Source of the DNA: Sporopachydermia quercuum
Lineage: Eukaryota
NCBI GenBank assembly: GCA_001599295.1
Contig: BCGN01000003.1
Coordinates: 1,860,001-1,924,000 of the forward strand
Length of the DNA stretch: 64,000 bases
Reading direction: 5' to 3'
Both the position numbers and the translations under genes were made by a program. This document shows, piece by piece, positions 9,489 to 22,400 of the stretch. Position 1 is the stretch's first letter. Every line of letters begins with the position of its first letter. Below the pieces are notes generated by a model, which was not told the DNA's origin, did not search any database, and worked only from the letters and a program-made list of their open reading frames with translations.

Positions 9489-12203
9489 ATGAAACTTTTC
9501 CCTCCACCAAAATTCACACTGAGAGGCCATAGATCTTCCATCAAGTATATACTATTCTTCTATATTCCTATCTCTGCATCATCAACATCATCTACGACAT
9601 ATTTTCCTTTACTGATATCGGGTGATAATTCAGGATATGTAATAATATGGGACCTTTTGTCAAGGAAAGCAATCAACGTTTGGAGTGCTCATAATGATGG
9701 CATTAAATGCTTGTATCAAGTAGGATCTCAATTACTAACGGGAGCATCTGATGGTATCAAGCTATGGTCAATACAGCAGGGAGAACAGAATGAACAAAGA
9801 ACAGAAGATGGAACTCAGAGGACTGGAAACGAAAATGGGCCTTTGCTTGTGAGCGAAATTGATATCGATATTCCTGGATTTACAGGCATAGGAGTATTTG
9901 TAGTTGAGAAGGATGAGCAGAGAACCACCAGGCGGACCGGAACAAGAACCATCAAAAGAAACGAATTGAATGAATCAACAGAATTTTTTTTTGACGAGAG
10001 GCCTACTCCTAACTACAATGAAAACTTTTTGAAAAGCTCTATTAGTAAATCGTTGTCTCCTCCTCCTCCACCAACTACATTAATTGCTATTCCGCAAATG
10101 GAGACGGTAATCATTCATGCTCTCACAACAACATATAAGAAAGTAGTTAAATTTCCAAATACTGGCATTGTTACATCAATAAAATTCATATCTAATTCTC
10201 TATTAGTTATTGGTTATGAATCTGGTAATATAGCGTTAGTTTCAATTCATGGCAGTGAAGATGGCAATAGTAATGAGAGTGCTGATAATGAAGATGGGGA
10301 TGATAGGAGTTTCAGCACATTTGTTGAGAATGATATGAATTCTACTACTAAAAGCAATACAGCAAATACCACAGAAAAAAGCATAGAGAGTATAGCTGAG
10401 AATGATAGTACAAAGGAAAGCACACTGAATGGGAACGTCAAACAGACAGATAATGATGCAACTAATTCTGCAGTTGATTTGACAGATGACAGAAGTATCA
10501 AAACATACGACGGAGCAAATATTTCAAATGGTAGCACTGTTGATAATATTGATGATAAAAATAATAGTATCAATACATCTATTCATAAGGATTCTGTTGA
10601 AATTAACACTACTGATAATAACAATAATAGCACTAATAGTGCTAATAACATGAATTACGATCTTCATTCTGTCGGTAGCACTATTGATGATAATATTGAT
10701 AAGAACGACACCATCAATACTAAGCGTTCAGCGGATATTCATAGTATAAATGCTGATAATACTATCAAGCAATCTGTTGGTAAAACAGTTCACAAGAATT
10801 CAAATAGTACAACAAATAATCCTAGCAATGATGACAAAAGCTATCAAAATTTTGACATTAGCTCAACGAATTCAAAAAACCAACCAAAAGACCAGTCAAA
10901 AGAGCAGTCAAAAATCCCAAATATCTCAACAAAGTCAAATTTATCCCAACTTTTTGCTAACAATAATCGAAACAAATTATCTGACAAAAAATCCAACACA
11001 AGTATCAAGACTGCCAGTAAATCTAACAAAACTTTGAAACGACTATTGAAAGATGAGTTGATTTCCTTACAAGAATCTCCGATTCTTTCAATTGAACACT
11101 CAAATTTAACCGGAGAGATTTTCTGCTCAGGAATCTCTTCGATTATTTCAATAGTCAGATTGCCATTTGATTTGAGAGCTGAGAATACCAGCCAAATGAC
11201 AGAAACTGCTGATAAAACGACTGATGATGCAAACAGTGCTAAGTTATATGAAAATGAAAGGAACGAAAGATTTGAAATTGAAAGCAGTAAGTGGGATATG
11301 GAAAATAATGAGCTTAACAGCTATAACAATAATGATAACAATGTCATAAATGACAATAATAGTAACAGCAATAAATATAAAAATAATAGCAATAATGACA
11401 TTGATTCCGGCAATGGTAATAGTAACGACAAAAACTCCAAACTTAGTGACATTAACTCTGAAAATGGTATCAATTCTTGTTACAATAAATCTGACAAAAA
11501 TTACAAACACTCTTTGAATGGAACTACCAACGGTTTCAGAACAATTACCTCCCAATTTGATAACAATATCCCACAAGTTTGCCCTCAAATGTTTTCTCCA
11601 GTTTCCGTAAATATTCAACATTCGGGAATTGAATCATTGAGCCTGAACCACTCATCAAGTTTATTGTCATGCATCACATGGGACGGAAGAGTTCGGTTGT
11701 TTGACACTAGAAATGGCAATACTAATGATGGGGTAGCTGGAAACCGCGGCAAAGATGGCGTGAACTATTCCAATTTAACCCAAATAGCGTCCTTCAAAAC
11801 CGGGGATAATAACAGTATAGATAAAAGACCTGCAGGTACAGCTATCAAATCAATGAACGATCCAAAATCCAGATTTCAAGAATTTGGTGATTCCGATAAA
11901 CCTACATGTGTTGTATTTAGTAAGCGGGATATTTCGGAACAGAATAAATTCAATGCGGGACACCTGCAATCTCATCCGAAGGCAACAAGCGAGACAACAA
12001 GAAGGACTCTGACTAATACAACTACCAGTAGTAATAACAATACGGGAAATAGTGACGGATTAAAAGCGGAAATAACTGCTGCTAAGTCTTCCGGTTTATC
12101 TTTACGCGATTTTCGTTTGATTAAGAAACGGATTGAATTGTCTGGCAAACAAATGCTTGCAGTCGGGAAAAAGAACGGACGAATAAGCATTTATGAGCTG
12201 TGA
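9489..12203 (+). CDS. ASA1: ASTRA-associated WD40 protein Asa1-like, with large Asn/Ser/Asp-rich insertions
   Basis: 904 aa. N-terminal PKFTLRGHRSSI...LLISGDNSGYVIIWDL, LLVIGYESGNI, HSGIESL...TWDGRVRLF and C-terminal LAVGKKNGRISIY are typical of Asa1/GNB1L. Adjacent to DIC1 and near SRP54/NVJ2. Confidence 0.8.
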   Translation: MKLFPPPKFTLRGHRSSIKYILFFYIPISASSTSSTTYFPLLISGDNSGYVIIWDLLSRKAINVWSAHNDGIKCLYQVGSQLLTGASDGIKLWSIQQGEQNEQRTEDGTQRTGNENGPLLVSEIDIDIPGFTGIGVFVVEKDEQRTTRRTGTRTIKRNELNESTEFFFDERPTPNYNENFLKSSISKSLSPPPPPTTLIAIPQMETVIIHALTTTYKKVVKFPNTGIVTSIKFISNSLLVIGYESGNIALVSIHGSEDGNSNESADNEDGDDRSFSTFVENDMNSTTKSNTANTTEKSIESIAENDSTKESTLNGNVKQTDNDATNSAVDLTDDRSIKTYDGANISNGSTVDNIDDKNNSINTSIHKDSVEINTTDNNNNSTNSANNMNYDLHSVGSTIDDNIDKNDTINTKRSADIHSINADNTIKQSVGKTVHKNSNSTTNNPSNDDKSYQNFDISSTNSKNQPKDQSKEQSKIPNISTKSNLSQLFANNNRNKLSDKKSNTSIKTASKSNKTLKRLLKDELISLQESPILSIEHSNLTGEIFCSGISSIISIVRLPFDLRAENTSQMTETADKTTDDANSAKLYENERNERFEIESSKWDMENNELNSYNNNDNNVINDNNSNSNKYKNNSNNDIDSGNGNSNDKNSKLSDINSENGINSCYNKSDKNYKHSLNGTTNGFRTITSQFDNNIPQVCPQMFSPVSVNIQHSGIESLSLNHSSSLLSCITWDGRVRLFDTRNGNTNDGVAGNRGKDGVNYSNLTQIASFKTGDNNSIDKRPAGTAIKSMNDPKSRFQEFGDSDKPTCVVFSKRDISEQNKFNAGHLQSHPKATSETTRRTLTNTTTSSNNNTGNSDGLKAEITAAKSSGLSLRDFRLIKKRIELSGKQMLAVGKKNGRISIYEL

Positions 12204-12960
12204 TCCAACATAGCAGATACTATATTGAGGTTAACGGAAGGTTATAGTTAATATCGGAGATTACACATTTTCCTCCTACTTAATCGTCATTCAACATTTA
12301 CAACGTATTGTAGTATAAATTAGCATTTTAGAGTCAATTTTATTGATTAAAACATTGAGCGTTTTATACTGATTATTAATGATTACTTCACTCTATTGAG
12401 TTGATTTTTTATAATTTCCGCTTTATGCCGAGATGATCGAACGGTTTCCGGTTTCTTGTTTGGTACTCCATAGGGCAAGGCAGGAATGTTATCATTTTCG
12501 ATATGCTGGACGCTTGAGGATATCCGAGATCTGCCATAGAAATGGTGGTATATTTCGGTGATGATAACGTAAGAGAATGGGGGGGGGGGAAAGAGCTTCT
12601 GATTGGGAAATAATGTCCGATTTGGCTTGTATTAGATTATTTGGTTCTATAACTCAGCCAAAGAGGATTTCAGAGTTTCTGACATTAGTCCTGCTATTGT
12701 TTCCGCTATCAGATCTGTTATTGATACCGATATTTCTACCACTTTTTATTATTATTAGTAAAAAAGCGGAAACTATTCAGTTCAAGCTGGCACATGAAAA
12801 ACTATTATTTCTGAATATTGACCGAGTTTTCCGTGATGGAGACAGCTTAACATGCTACAAATCCCGTTATTATATCCGGTATTGTCGGGTCGAGTACCAC
12901 CTCATTTCCACTTTCATTGCATATTTTCTTTTATTAGGACTTTTTCTGTCTACTTTTCTT

Positions 12961-13886
12961 TCATTTCTTTTCAACGTCTCTCCTGTTACTGTTTGCGGTA
13001 TCTCTTCCAGTTTCTCTTTGGGGTTGCCCCTCTCCCTCAATTTTCTCTATTGCTTCATCTAAAGTAAGTACAGTTTTCCTACTGACAACCCCTCTTTGAA
13101 TACTCATTATATCCGTAACTATCTCTTTACCTCGTTTTAGTGTTCCTACTATCTCCGCTTTCTCTTCGGCTATTATTTTCCCTTCTTTCTCCTCAATTCT
13201 GCCACAAATCTCCTCCAGTATCCCGCATTTCCGTTTGTAATCCCGAGCTAACCCTTCGTACACTTTCTCTAATTTCTCACTCTTTTCCATTTGAACTTCT
13301 AATGTTTTCCGATATTCCTCAACTGTACGAATCTTCTCCGCATTCTCGGTTTGCTTTTCACGGTACAAACTCCTCAGCTCCGCTATTTCTTTGCTAAATT
13401 CTTCTCTTATTTGCTTGATTTCCCCGCTTACAATCTCATAGCTTCGGCTTAATGTCTCTACTTCTCGTTTCAACCCCTCTTTTTCCTTAGTAATTGAATT
13501 TGAGTTTTCTTGATACTCCGCTATTTTCCGCTGCAGCTCTGCTATTTTCCCGTTCCCCACATTTAGTTCTTGCGTTAACATTTCAATCTTTCGATCCCGT
13601 CGGGTTATCAACCCCGAATAAACTTCCTCTTGTGATGCCGCTGTAGCCACTTTAGCTTGCAGTTCCCCGCACTGAGCTTTCAGAATAAGGTTCGACTTTT
13701 TCAGATCGGTGTTTTGTATCTCTTGGGAAATGAGAGATCGTCGAAGATCGTCGATGGTGGCTTGCAAGGTTTCAATAACTCTTGTGGTTGGGTTCCGTTT
13801 GGAGGGGCTATCGTCCAATCGGATAGTGGGGGTGATATTGAATGTTTTGTGTTCCGGCGTTGGAATGGAATACAAATTTGGTTTAA
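12961..13886 (-). CDS. SHE3: She3-like coiled-coil mRNA-transport adaptor; 3' exon shown, 5' exon unresolved
   Basis: TTRVIETLQATIDDL followed by a long coiled coil resembles the She3 N-terminus (TKVIE.LH.QID.L). No in-frame ATG at the ORF start. A TACTAAC branch (~13903-13909) and TAG acceptor at 13887 indicate an upstream intron. Linked to CCZ1/AGP2/HSL7/MEC1 as in S. cerevisiae chromosome II. Confidence 0.7.
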
Positions 13887-16252
13887 CTACGACAATATTT
13901 CAGTTAGTATGAGTCCAAGAGGGGTCAAAAATGAGGGGTAACTCGGAATCGGAAGGACTAGGATAGTGCCCAGTGTTAGTAGGAAGATCCAGAATAAGAT
14001 AGCAGAACGGAGAACGGAAAACGCAGACAATATGAGAAATAAACATAACCCGAAACCAATAATATCTCCTGATCATCTCCTCCGCTTTTCCCATTGTCAT
14101 CTCCACTATTCTAACCATTTATATCCGAACTGAACCAATCAGAGCCTTTACTAGTTCCCCTTTTCTCAGTCGTTAGTATTGTTTCCGACAGACTCTTAGG
14201 TCATTAACAACACAAAATGAGTAAACACATAATATATATCAGCCTATTCAGGAAACTTTCACCTAACAAAACTTGGTAACCAGGTTATTATTTCATACTG
14301 AAACCGATAATTCAGAACTGCTGATTGGAAAGAATTCTCTCCACGAATGAAAGTATCACACAAAAACTACACCCGTGTCAGAAACAGTGATTGATTTGCC
14401 ATATTCATTGTAGTTTCCCTGTAGTTTCCATGCTGTTTCTATGCTGTTTCTATGTTGTTTCCATGTTCCATAGAAGAGATAGGCTAAACCAACTGTATCA
14501 GAACTCCACTGACATAGACTTCTCCTGCATCTCTCCTGCAGTCGATAAGTCTGTATTAATCCTTTACATCCAGTGCTTGACCTTAAAAGTGAAAAGCTAT
14601 CTGATATGAATCAAGAATCTATACTATTGGAAGTATGGGAATGTACTGCAGCATAAGCAGATACGAAAAAAAGAATCAGATAGCAACTTAGTATAAGAAT
14701 ACCTGAGGTTTTTATGCATAAATCAACCATGAGATAGAGCACAAATGATCTTAATCTATAAACGAGCTTTTGCGCTTCTGCGATTTGAACATTTTCTGGT
14801 CAATCTCAGGTTATTTTGTTCTTCTATTCGAATCAAATTTTCTGTCAAAGGGCAGTTTCTAATGGATTGAGCTGATGGTCAGATATATTGCCAGTTCTTT
14901 GGAAATACTGAATTTAGTGATAGTCTATTCTGCTTGCAGAATGAAGATCCTAGTGAATATTCATACAGGTGATAACTGCTAGCTAACAGTTGCCTGGGGT
15001 ACTTTAAAAACAATGATACTTTCATGCTCTTGGCGCAATAACGCTCCGTATTGTTCATCTAGCCAAACTACAGAACACTTTCTATTTTCTGTCACTCTCT
15101 TTACTATTTCTTTCTTTTCCTTTCCTTTCCTTCATATTCCTATTCGAAGCTGGTCATTACAAATGCTACATACCTTCCAAACCTGGTCCTAATGATTTAC
15201 TATTCAGCATCAGTTTACCATTAGGTTTCCCAGAATTACCTTTATTTTCCTTAGAAATGGCAGTTTCAACAAATCCATTGCCATTGTTGTTCTCATGGCT
15301 ATTACTGTTATTGCTATTATTACTATTGCTACTAGTATTGCTGCTGCTATTCAATCTATCAACAAAAGGATTCGTCCTATTATCGGTCGCACTTTCTGTC
15401 ATTGTTTCCAAAGTGCTTTTTATACTTCAATGGTCAATTGAATTGCTCCTATTAAAAGTAGCAATAATCAATACATCTAGCAAGTAAATAATATGATGAA
15501 AATAGGTAAAAAGCGCAGAAAACCACAGTTGATGGAAAGAAAACTCACAGAGAACTTTTAGTACTTTCTGTTTTTGTTGGTTGTCCCATTGGGTTTGTGT
15601 TCTGTATGAGCTAGGTTACCATAGTATAAAATATACCGCAAAGGATAAAGATAGTCCTTAATTGGGAAGGTGAAATAGAAACTAGATGAAAACCTAAAAG
15701 CGTCGGAAGTGTCCAATAAAAGGGTACTGGTTTATGTTGATACAATACTACCTCATTTGGAGTCAACCAAAAAAGGCTTAGATTCATGGGAAATATGGTA
15801 AGTCTCTAAATCATATTTCCTATGAATTTAAGCCTTCTGGTTGATTTTCAATTGAACCACCAGTGATGTTCTTTGATTTAATAAAAATACTCCAAAAAAA
15901 TGAAGTGAGTTCCCATAATAGAGAGCATTAAAGCAGAGTGCACCTAGAAAGGTGTGAATCTCACTAATCATACTTTCCAATCTTCAGTTTCTACAGCTGA
16001 TTATCTTACCAATACATAAGCAGTTAGGACGATATTAGAGCCTCATAATTATTTTCTTTCGATACGTATCTACCCAACCTAATAAAACAAGAAACATGGA
16101 GAAGTCATTATTCTCTATACACATTAAAATGAATTATAGTCGTTATTTCACTATCAAAATTGGTATGTGCATGCCTCATCTCCGTTCAGTTTCTCCTATT
16201 GATTCCTATTAAGCTTCTTCCTCACATTACACCTAGCAACACCTAAAACTTC

Positions 16253-17827
16253 CTAACCTAAGCCAAAATTCTTCATCATTTGCTGCATTTGAGGATTCTG
16301 CATCATTTGTTGGATTTGTCCCTGTGATGGCATTCCTCTTCCACCTAACATTCCTTTCATCATATCTCCCATACCTCCAGCACCAGCACCAGCACCAGCT
16401 CCGCCCATCATTTCCATCATTTTACTCATATCAGGCATGCCACCAGGTAAGCCACCGCCATTTCTCATCTGCTGGGCCATTCTCGCCATTTGAGCCGGTG
16501 ATTTGCCTTTCATTCCTTTAGCATCCATAAAATTCTTACTAGCACCTGCCATACTTTCCATCATTCTCTGTTGTAGTAATACAGCTTCAACCTCGGTAAC
16601 GGATGTCCCACTTCCTCGGGCTACTCGGATCATCCGACTGGGCTCTTTAATGAATATCTTACCGTCGGAGTCCAATTCCTTGTCTGTCATTGAATCCATA
16701 ATATATATCATCCGTTTCATTCGACTGGATGCTTCATCTTCACCAACTTCATTCATCATAGCACCGATTTGTCCTGGCAACATACTGGCAATCTGGGACA
16801 ATGGACCCATTTTCATGATATTTCCCATCTGGTCTTTGAAATCTCGAATGGTGAATTTGCCCTCTTGGAAATGCTTGATAGTATCCTTTTGATCAAGCTT
16901 TAACGATTGAACATGTTCCATTAACCCTTGGATATCGCCAATTCCTAGCAGTTTGGAAATGAACTGTCTGGGGGAAAACGTTTCTAAATCATGAATATGT
17001 TCACCCGTACCAATAAATACTATAGGAGTATTAGTAGCTGCTACGGCAGAAATAGCACCACCACCTTTAGCATGGCCGTCCATTTTAGTGAGAATAATAG
17101 CCCCGAAATCAGCGCTTTCCTTAAAAGCACGAGACTGCATTTCAGCCGCTTGCCCAATAGAAGCATCAAGCACCATAATAGTTTGATTGGGTTTCACTGC
17201 TTCACCAATTTGGATCATTTCATTGAAAAGCTCTTTTTCTTGCTGATGACGTCCTGAAGTATCAACAATGATGATGTCAAAATTCTCTCGCTTGAATTTC
17301 TCAACACCGTCTTTGGAAACCTTCACGGGATCTGTCTCTGTGTAAGATCCATAATAAGGGATCTTTGCTTTAGTAGCGTTTTGCTTCAATTGATCAAAAG
17401 CACCAGCTCTGAAAGTATCAGCACATACCAAGCCAACTTTGAAGCCTCTTCTTTGGTAGTAAACAGCCAGCTTAGTACAAGATGTGGTTTTACCAGCACC
17501 TTGAAGACCAACGAACATGATCACATTGCTTTTCCCTTTCTTTGGCTTATATGGTTCAGTTTTACAGTCAACCAAAGCGCACAGCTCGTCAAACACTGTA
17601 CTCTGGATCAATTTCTTTTTATTCACACCGGGGGCCTCCTTTAAGTTGATTTTTGACTTTATGGAGTTTCTCAAGTTGGCGACAAGTTTCACATTTACGT
17701 CTGATTCTAACAAAGCGGTTGATATTTCTTTAAGCATGGCATCAATTGCTTTTTTGTCCACGACGTTTGATTTTGTCAGGTCGGTCACCGCGGCATTGAT
17801 ACGCCTTCCAAGGTCAGCGAGAACCAT
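16253..17827 (-). CDS. SRP54: Signal recognition particle 54 kDa subunit
   Basis: 524 aa. [11 protein letters not shown] start, [10 protein letters not shown]-loop, [28 protein letters not shown] and Met-rich M domain. Confidence 0.98.
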   Translation of the reverse strand: MVLADLGRRINAAVTDLTKSNVVDKKAIDAMLKEISTALLESDVNVKLVANLRNSIKSKINLKEAPGVNKKKLIQSTVFDELCALVDCKTEPYKPKKGKSNVIMFVGLQGAGKTTSCTKLAVYYQRRGFKVGLVCADTFRAGAFDQLKQNATKAKIPYYGSYTETDPVKVSKDGVEKFKRENFDIIIVDTSGRHQQEKELFNEMIQIGEAVKPNQTIMVLDASIGQAAEMQSRAFKESADFGAIILTKMDGHAKGGGAISAVAATNTPIVFIGTGEHIHDLETFSPRQFISKLLGIGDIQGLMEHVQSLKLDQKDTIKHFQEGKFTIRDFKDQMGNIMKMGPLSQIASMLPGQIGAMMNEVGEDEASSRMKRMIYIMDSMTDKELDSDGKIFIKEPSRMIRVARGSGTSVTEVEAVLLQQRMMESMAGASKNFMDAKGMKGKSPAQMARMAQQMRNGGGLPGGMPDMSKMMEMMGGAGAGAGAGGMGDMMKGMLGGRGMPSQGQIQQMMQNPQMQQMMKNFGLG

Positions 17828-19538
17828 AGTTGGAGAGTATTTTGGCTATTAAAAGGAAGTAATTATGGTAGGCAAATTAGTAGAACTGTTGAGCAAAGTA
17901 GAGCAGCGGAGGGAGGTAATAGCCGCGACGTGCTTGTGTATGTTGAGATTAGAACAGTTGATGAAATGTAGATAAAAAAAAACAAGTGGCGGGTAGGTTG
18001 ACATTTAGTGTTTTTGTTTTAATAATTGTAGTTTGTGGTGGTGTCTGAAATACAAAAACTGTTTCAAATCCACGAATTAGAAACTAGTGTTTCAGCTGAA
18101 TGAATCTGACTTCTGATGTTGAGCTTGAAATATTCATTGTACAACAGGAAATGAAAAGTGTACAGAATAAGAAAAAAGGTGACTGGGTGTAAGAAGAATT
18201 CTGAGATGAAGATATGATGTCGAAAGGGAGAAGCAGAAGATCGCAAGTGCGAATAAGACACCATAAAAGGACAGACTTTGCATGATTAAATGAGCTTATA
18301 TGCTTGGAAATTACTAATTAGCATTAATAAATTGTTTTTGGTGTTTGGAAATGACTAACGTAAAGGATGATCTATTCTACTAACCTGAATATCTAGCAGT
18401 TATGAATGTAAAAATTTAAGTATGACGTAATCATTAATGAATTTGAACCTAAAAAATATTAAATAATCAATAAACTATGGTTACAACAGTATATCAATCA
18501 TATCTTTTAGCCAGCCACTTTATGATTCAATAAATGTAATAAGTTAAAATCAGTCCCTAATTTATTGATCACGTTATCATTTCTAGCAATTTTAATGGTC
18601 TTTTCGGTCTTTTCATGCAGGAAGAGAATATGAAATGCCACTGCTCGTTGAAAACAAAACTAATTAATAATTAAAACTGGATTTTACATCTGATTTACAG
18701 ATCCTTAATTTAGGTTTGTGTTCGGCCTTAAAACCAAGTTTGAATCTTCTATTTGAGTGAATCTCTGTTGTTTTAGGACATTCAGATAGCTGTTAACCAT
18801 ATAATTTCCGATATTTTCAGCTCCTAATTTCCGAAATTACGAAATCTTACCTTGCCTATATTATCTTTTCCGCATTCTGTGTCTGTAGTTGTATTCCTTA
18901 TCACACAATCATCACACGAACAAATGATTAAACTAACACAGGACCAAAATCCAAGCAAAAGTTGATTCAAATTGTGCATTGTGTTAATTTTATTCAACAT
19001 CTCTTAAAAGGATCAATAGAATCCCAAGAATAGCCGTTCAAGCTGCCGCAGAACTCATCGTTTTTTCCAGTGAATGTTTGTGCCAATTGACTTGGATCAA
19101 CAGTTTGGAACGGAGCTCGGATAGCCACAAATAAGATTTCGGGTATATTTCCTAACCAGGATTAAACAAATCCTCTTTGTGTGAAATTTCAGTTTGAATT
19201 TATCCGCTATTATCTCCAATTTCCATCTGACTAGCAGGTTCTCGTTTCTTACGTGTGGTATTCATTATATTCATTTCGTCTCTCTCCTTCCATCCTCGGC
19301 TTGGAATTAAGATCGGATCCGCAAAATCACAATAGCAGGATTTCATTGGAACATTAATGTCAAATCTGACCTATTTTTCGCTAGCCACAAAAGTACAAAA
19401 TTAACCAAATTTTCACTCGCAACAGAATCAGAAGAACCTCGGTTTGATTCCCTAATTTGGCAACAACTCGAAACTGCATCTACCCGCTCTTTATTCAGTT
19501 CGTACCCCTGGGACCCAGCCTGAAATTACCCCTCCAAA

Positions 19539-22400
19539 ATGGTCTATATTCCCCCCTTACCTTACTCCCTGACGATATTCAACCCCACTTTCGGTCCGAA
19601 AGAATCAGAGATACAAAACCAAATCATTGCATACATTCCTTCCAACTACCCCACCAACTCCGCTTATCCCACATCACCCTCGGATCTCTCCGAGTCCATA
19701 AAACTGCGGAATATTGGTTTAATTCAAGGCTTACTGCATTTCACCTCCGACTTTTCGGAGAAAAAACTCCTTCATATGGTACAAACTCGGAAGAAAACTT
19801 TACTTATTAAGGAAATTGAACCAAACTTTTGGTTTGCGGTTACTTTAACTGTGGGAGTTTTTATTGATGAAGAAGAGGGTTCAGTGGATTATGTCAGCGG
19901 GGTCAGCGGGGTCAGCGGAGTGGTTGATATGCTAATAGCGGAGTTATTATGGGGTTATCGGATGTATCGGCTCCATTATGGCGAAATGCAGCGTCAAGTT
20001 GAGGAAATAGCACAAGTAGAAAAGTATGATTCTTACACAAGCATAGCGGGACAAAGCGGGGTCAATCTACACAATATTATACAAAATAGCAATGAATTGA
20101 ACACAACACAAACGCCGCTGCAAAACGACCCTTCCCCCGCTTTATCAACCCAGTTTCAGACTCTGCGAAGAACGACCACAATTTGGTTCTCTGATTGGTT
20201 CCGCAATTCGTTTTCCCTTTCCGGTAATCCGGATGGTGTATTGTCTCTTTTTTACGGCTTTAGGAAATCCAACCTTAACCTTGATTATGACGTAGTTCGG
20301 GAGCTAAATGAGTTTGTGGGTGATTTGGCGGAAAAGCCAGGGATAGGCGTGGTACCGAATGCGGGGCTAAAGTGGCAGGAAGGACACAACCGCAATCACA
20401 ATCACAATCGCAGCAATAGTAGTAATAATAAAACTGGAAATGATAAAACCAAAGCGGAAACTATACCGGAACTACACAAACTACAAACCCCACCTGGGCT
20501 TACCCCAAGCACCAATTCGGAATCATTTGAACCTAATTTGGAACTAGATTCTGAACTCAATTCGGAGCTTATCGACGTGCTTATCTACAAAACAGGCAAT
20601 GAAATGAAAGAAAACGGAATTTGCTATTCGGGGTCAGGGAATTTAGCCGTCGATTCGGTGATAGATTTGTGTAAATGGCTAGAAATGGTAATTCAAGAAG
20701 AGGGGCAATCTGATTCTGTGAACTCAACCTCAAGTAGCAAGCCTAATGCTAATGCTAATGCTGATAGTACAAGCAAGGAGGGGAATTCTCCGCAATTGTC
20801 CCTCCAAACCCAATTTATCCTTTCGAATGGGGTCCGCAAATCACCTCGCCAAAACGNTCATTCTTCTAGCTATACCGCTTTCGGTGAAAACTCAGAAGCC
20901 GCCGTTGGGGTTTTCGATCCGTTTAGTAAGACAATCTCGGCTATTTCATCCGTAACACAAATAATGGATTATATCCCGATGCCGACGTCATGGTGGGGCA
21001 ATGGTGGGGTAGATGATACAAACAGAGATGCTCATAGTCAAAGCCAACTGCAAAATAGTAATGATAGTATTGCATGTAATGGTGAAACCGGAGGTCTTAA
21101 CGGAAGGTTTATTATCGGCCCGGTTCCCGAACCAGAAGTCGCAAGAATTACAAAAACAAAACAAGGAAGTGAAAATGCGGTTGGTGGGGTAAGTATCACC
21201 GAACATACAACTAATTCAAAGTCAGCAGCTGCCACGGCCACAGGGACAGTCACAAACGTGTTTGCTGCTGCGTCTAATTATAGCGGGATGCTTAGCGGGG
21301 TATTTAGTGCGGCCTCCGAACACAATCTCGGATCCAATTCCCACAATGGATCGTTGCAATCGAATCTAAACTCCACAAATACTTCGATTTCGACACAAAC
21401 ACCTGCTCCCGAAAGCACAGAACCTCAGATTCTCACTAAATCGCTGACCCTACAGCTCCGCACGTCATCATACATGAAAACAAGCCTGGTTCTCATGCAG
21501 GTCGAAAACTTCTACCTCCTATTTGTCTACAAGCATAACTTTATTCACATGTACAGCCGAACCTTCTATAGCAAACTTTTAAGCCGAGGAATAGAGTTTG
21601 TGGAGGATATTTTAGATACATCTTCGGAGCTCGAGAGGAGCTATTTTAGTTTAGAGACGTTTGTGACGAATAGCACTGCAGGACAAAGCGGAATAAGTGC
21701 AACTAGCGGAAACAGCGGAATTATCGGGACAGATTTTACTAAAGGAGGTAAATTTCATACTCCCGATGACCGATTTTACTTTATTGTATACAATCCAGGC
21801 GATTGTACCATTCAGACGTCATTGCCGACGTTATGTGGGGTGGATGGGACAAAAGAGGGAGACAGTAGTGAGGTAAGTGACTCTTTAGCAAGTTCAGTTG
21901 ACCCTAAATCGACTGCTCCGCATTTTCCTCACATTCCAATAACCACAAATCCACTATCAATTTATTGCCCCGCCCAAGCAAAGCATGTTCACGAAGAACT
22001 TGCTACTTTGATAGCGAAAACATCGGTAACTTTCCCTGCTTTGCCCCACTTTTCTCTACCACAAAGTCTGGTCCCACTTACCGAATCCGGTAATGCAATT
22101 GAGGAGCAATTCATCCGTACATGTAAAGGGTGGTGGATTTATTATAAACAAGTGCCTCAAAGCGGGAAAATCATAATAATCATTCGGAAATGGCAATCGG
22201 AAAAGCAACGGAACAAACTTACCGGAATGGGCAATTCTTTCCGACGGGACTCATTATCATTTGAATTTGACGATCGGAAAAAAAAGCATGGTATTAGTGG
22301 GGCCGATGGGGTTGTCGGAGATAGTGCAAATATCAGCGGGGCATTAGGGAGAGATGTTAAAGCATGGATTGATGAGTTTCTGCTGACAGGAAGAGTTTAA
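19539..22400 (+). CDS. CCZ1: Vacuolar fusion protein Ccz1 (longin; Mon1-Ccz1 GEF), with low-complexity insertions
   Basis: 953 aa. IFNPTFGPKESEIQNQI, KLRNIGLIQGL..FTSDFS, EIEPNFW, EEQFIRTCKGWWIYY and C-terminal LGRDVKAWID. Synteny with SHE3/MEC1. One N in the CDS. Confidence 0.85.
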   Translation: MVYIPPLPYSLTIFNPTFGPKESEIQNQIIAYIPSNYPTNSAYPTSPSDLSESIKLRNIGLIQGLLHFTSDFSEKKLLHMVQTRKKTLLIKEIEPNFWFAVTLTVGVFIDEEEGSVDYVSGVSGVSGVVDMLIAELLWGYRMYRLHYGEMQRQVEEIAQVEKYDSYTSIAGQSGVNLHNIIQNSNELNTTQTPLQNDPSPALSTQFQTLRRTTTIWFSDWFRNSFSLSGNPDGVLSLFYGFRKSNLNLDYDVVRELNEFVGDLAEKPGIGVVPNAGLKWQEGHNRNHNHNRSNSSNNKTGNDKTKAETIPELHKLQTPPGLTPSTNSESFEPNLELDSELNSELIDVLIYKTGNEMKENGICYSGSGNLAVDSVIDLCKWLEMVIQEEGQSDSVNSTSSSKPNANANADSTSKEGNSPQLSLQTQFILSNGVRKSPRQNXHSSSYTAFGENSEAAVGVFDPFSKTISAISSVTQIMDYIPMPTSWWGNGGVDDTNRDAHSQSQLQNSNDSIACNGETGGLNGRFIIGPVPEPEVARITKTKQGSENAVGGVSITEHTTNSKSAAATATGTVTNVFAAASNYSGMLSGVFSAASEHNLGSNSHNGSLQSNLNSTNTSISTQTPAPESTEPQILTKSLTLQLRTSSYMKTSLVLMQVENFYLLFVYKHNFIHMYSRTFYSKLLSRGIEFVEDILDTSSELERSYFSLETFVTNSTAGQSGISATSGNSGIIGTDFTKGGKFHTPDDRFYFIVYNPGDCTIQTSLPTLCGVDGTKEGDSSEVSDSLASSVDPKSTAPHFPHIPITTNPLSIYCPAQAKHVHEELATLIAKTSVTFPALPHFSLPQSLVPLTESGNAIEEQFIRTCKGWWIYYKQVPQSGKIIIIIRKWQSEKQRNKLTGMGNSFRRDSLSFEFDDRKKKHGISGADGVVGDSANISGALGRDVKAWIDEFLLTGRV

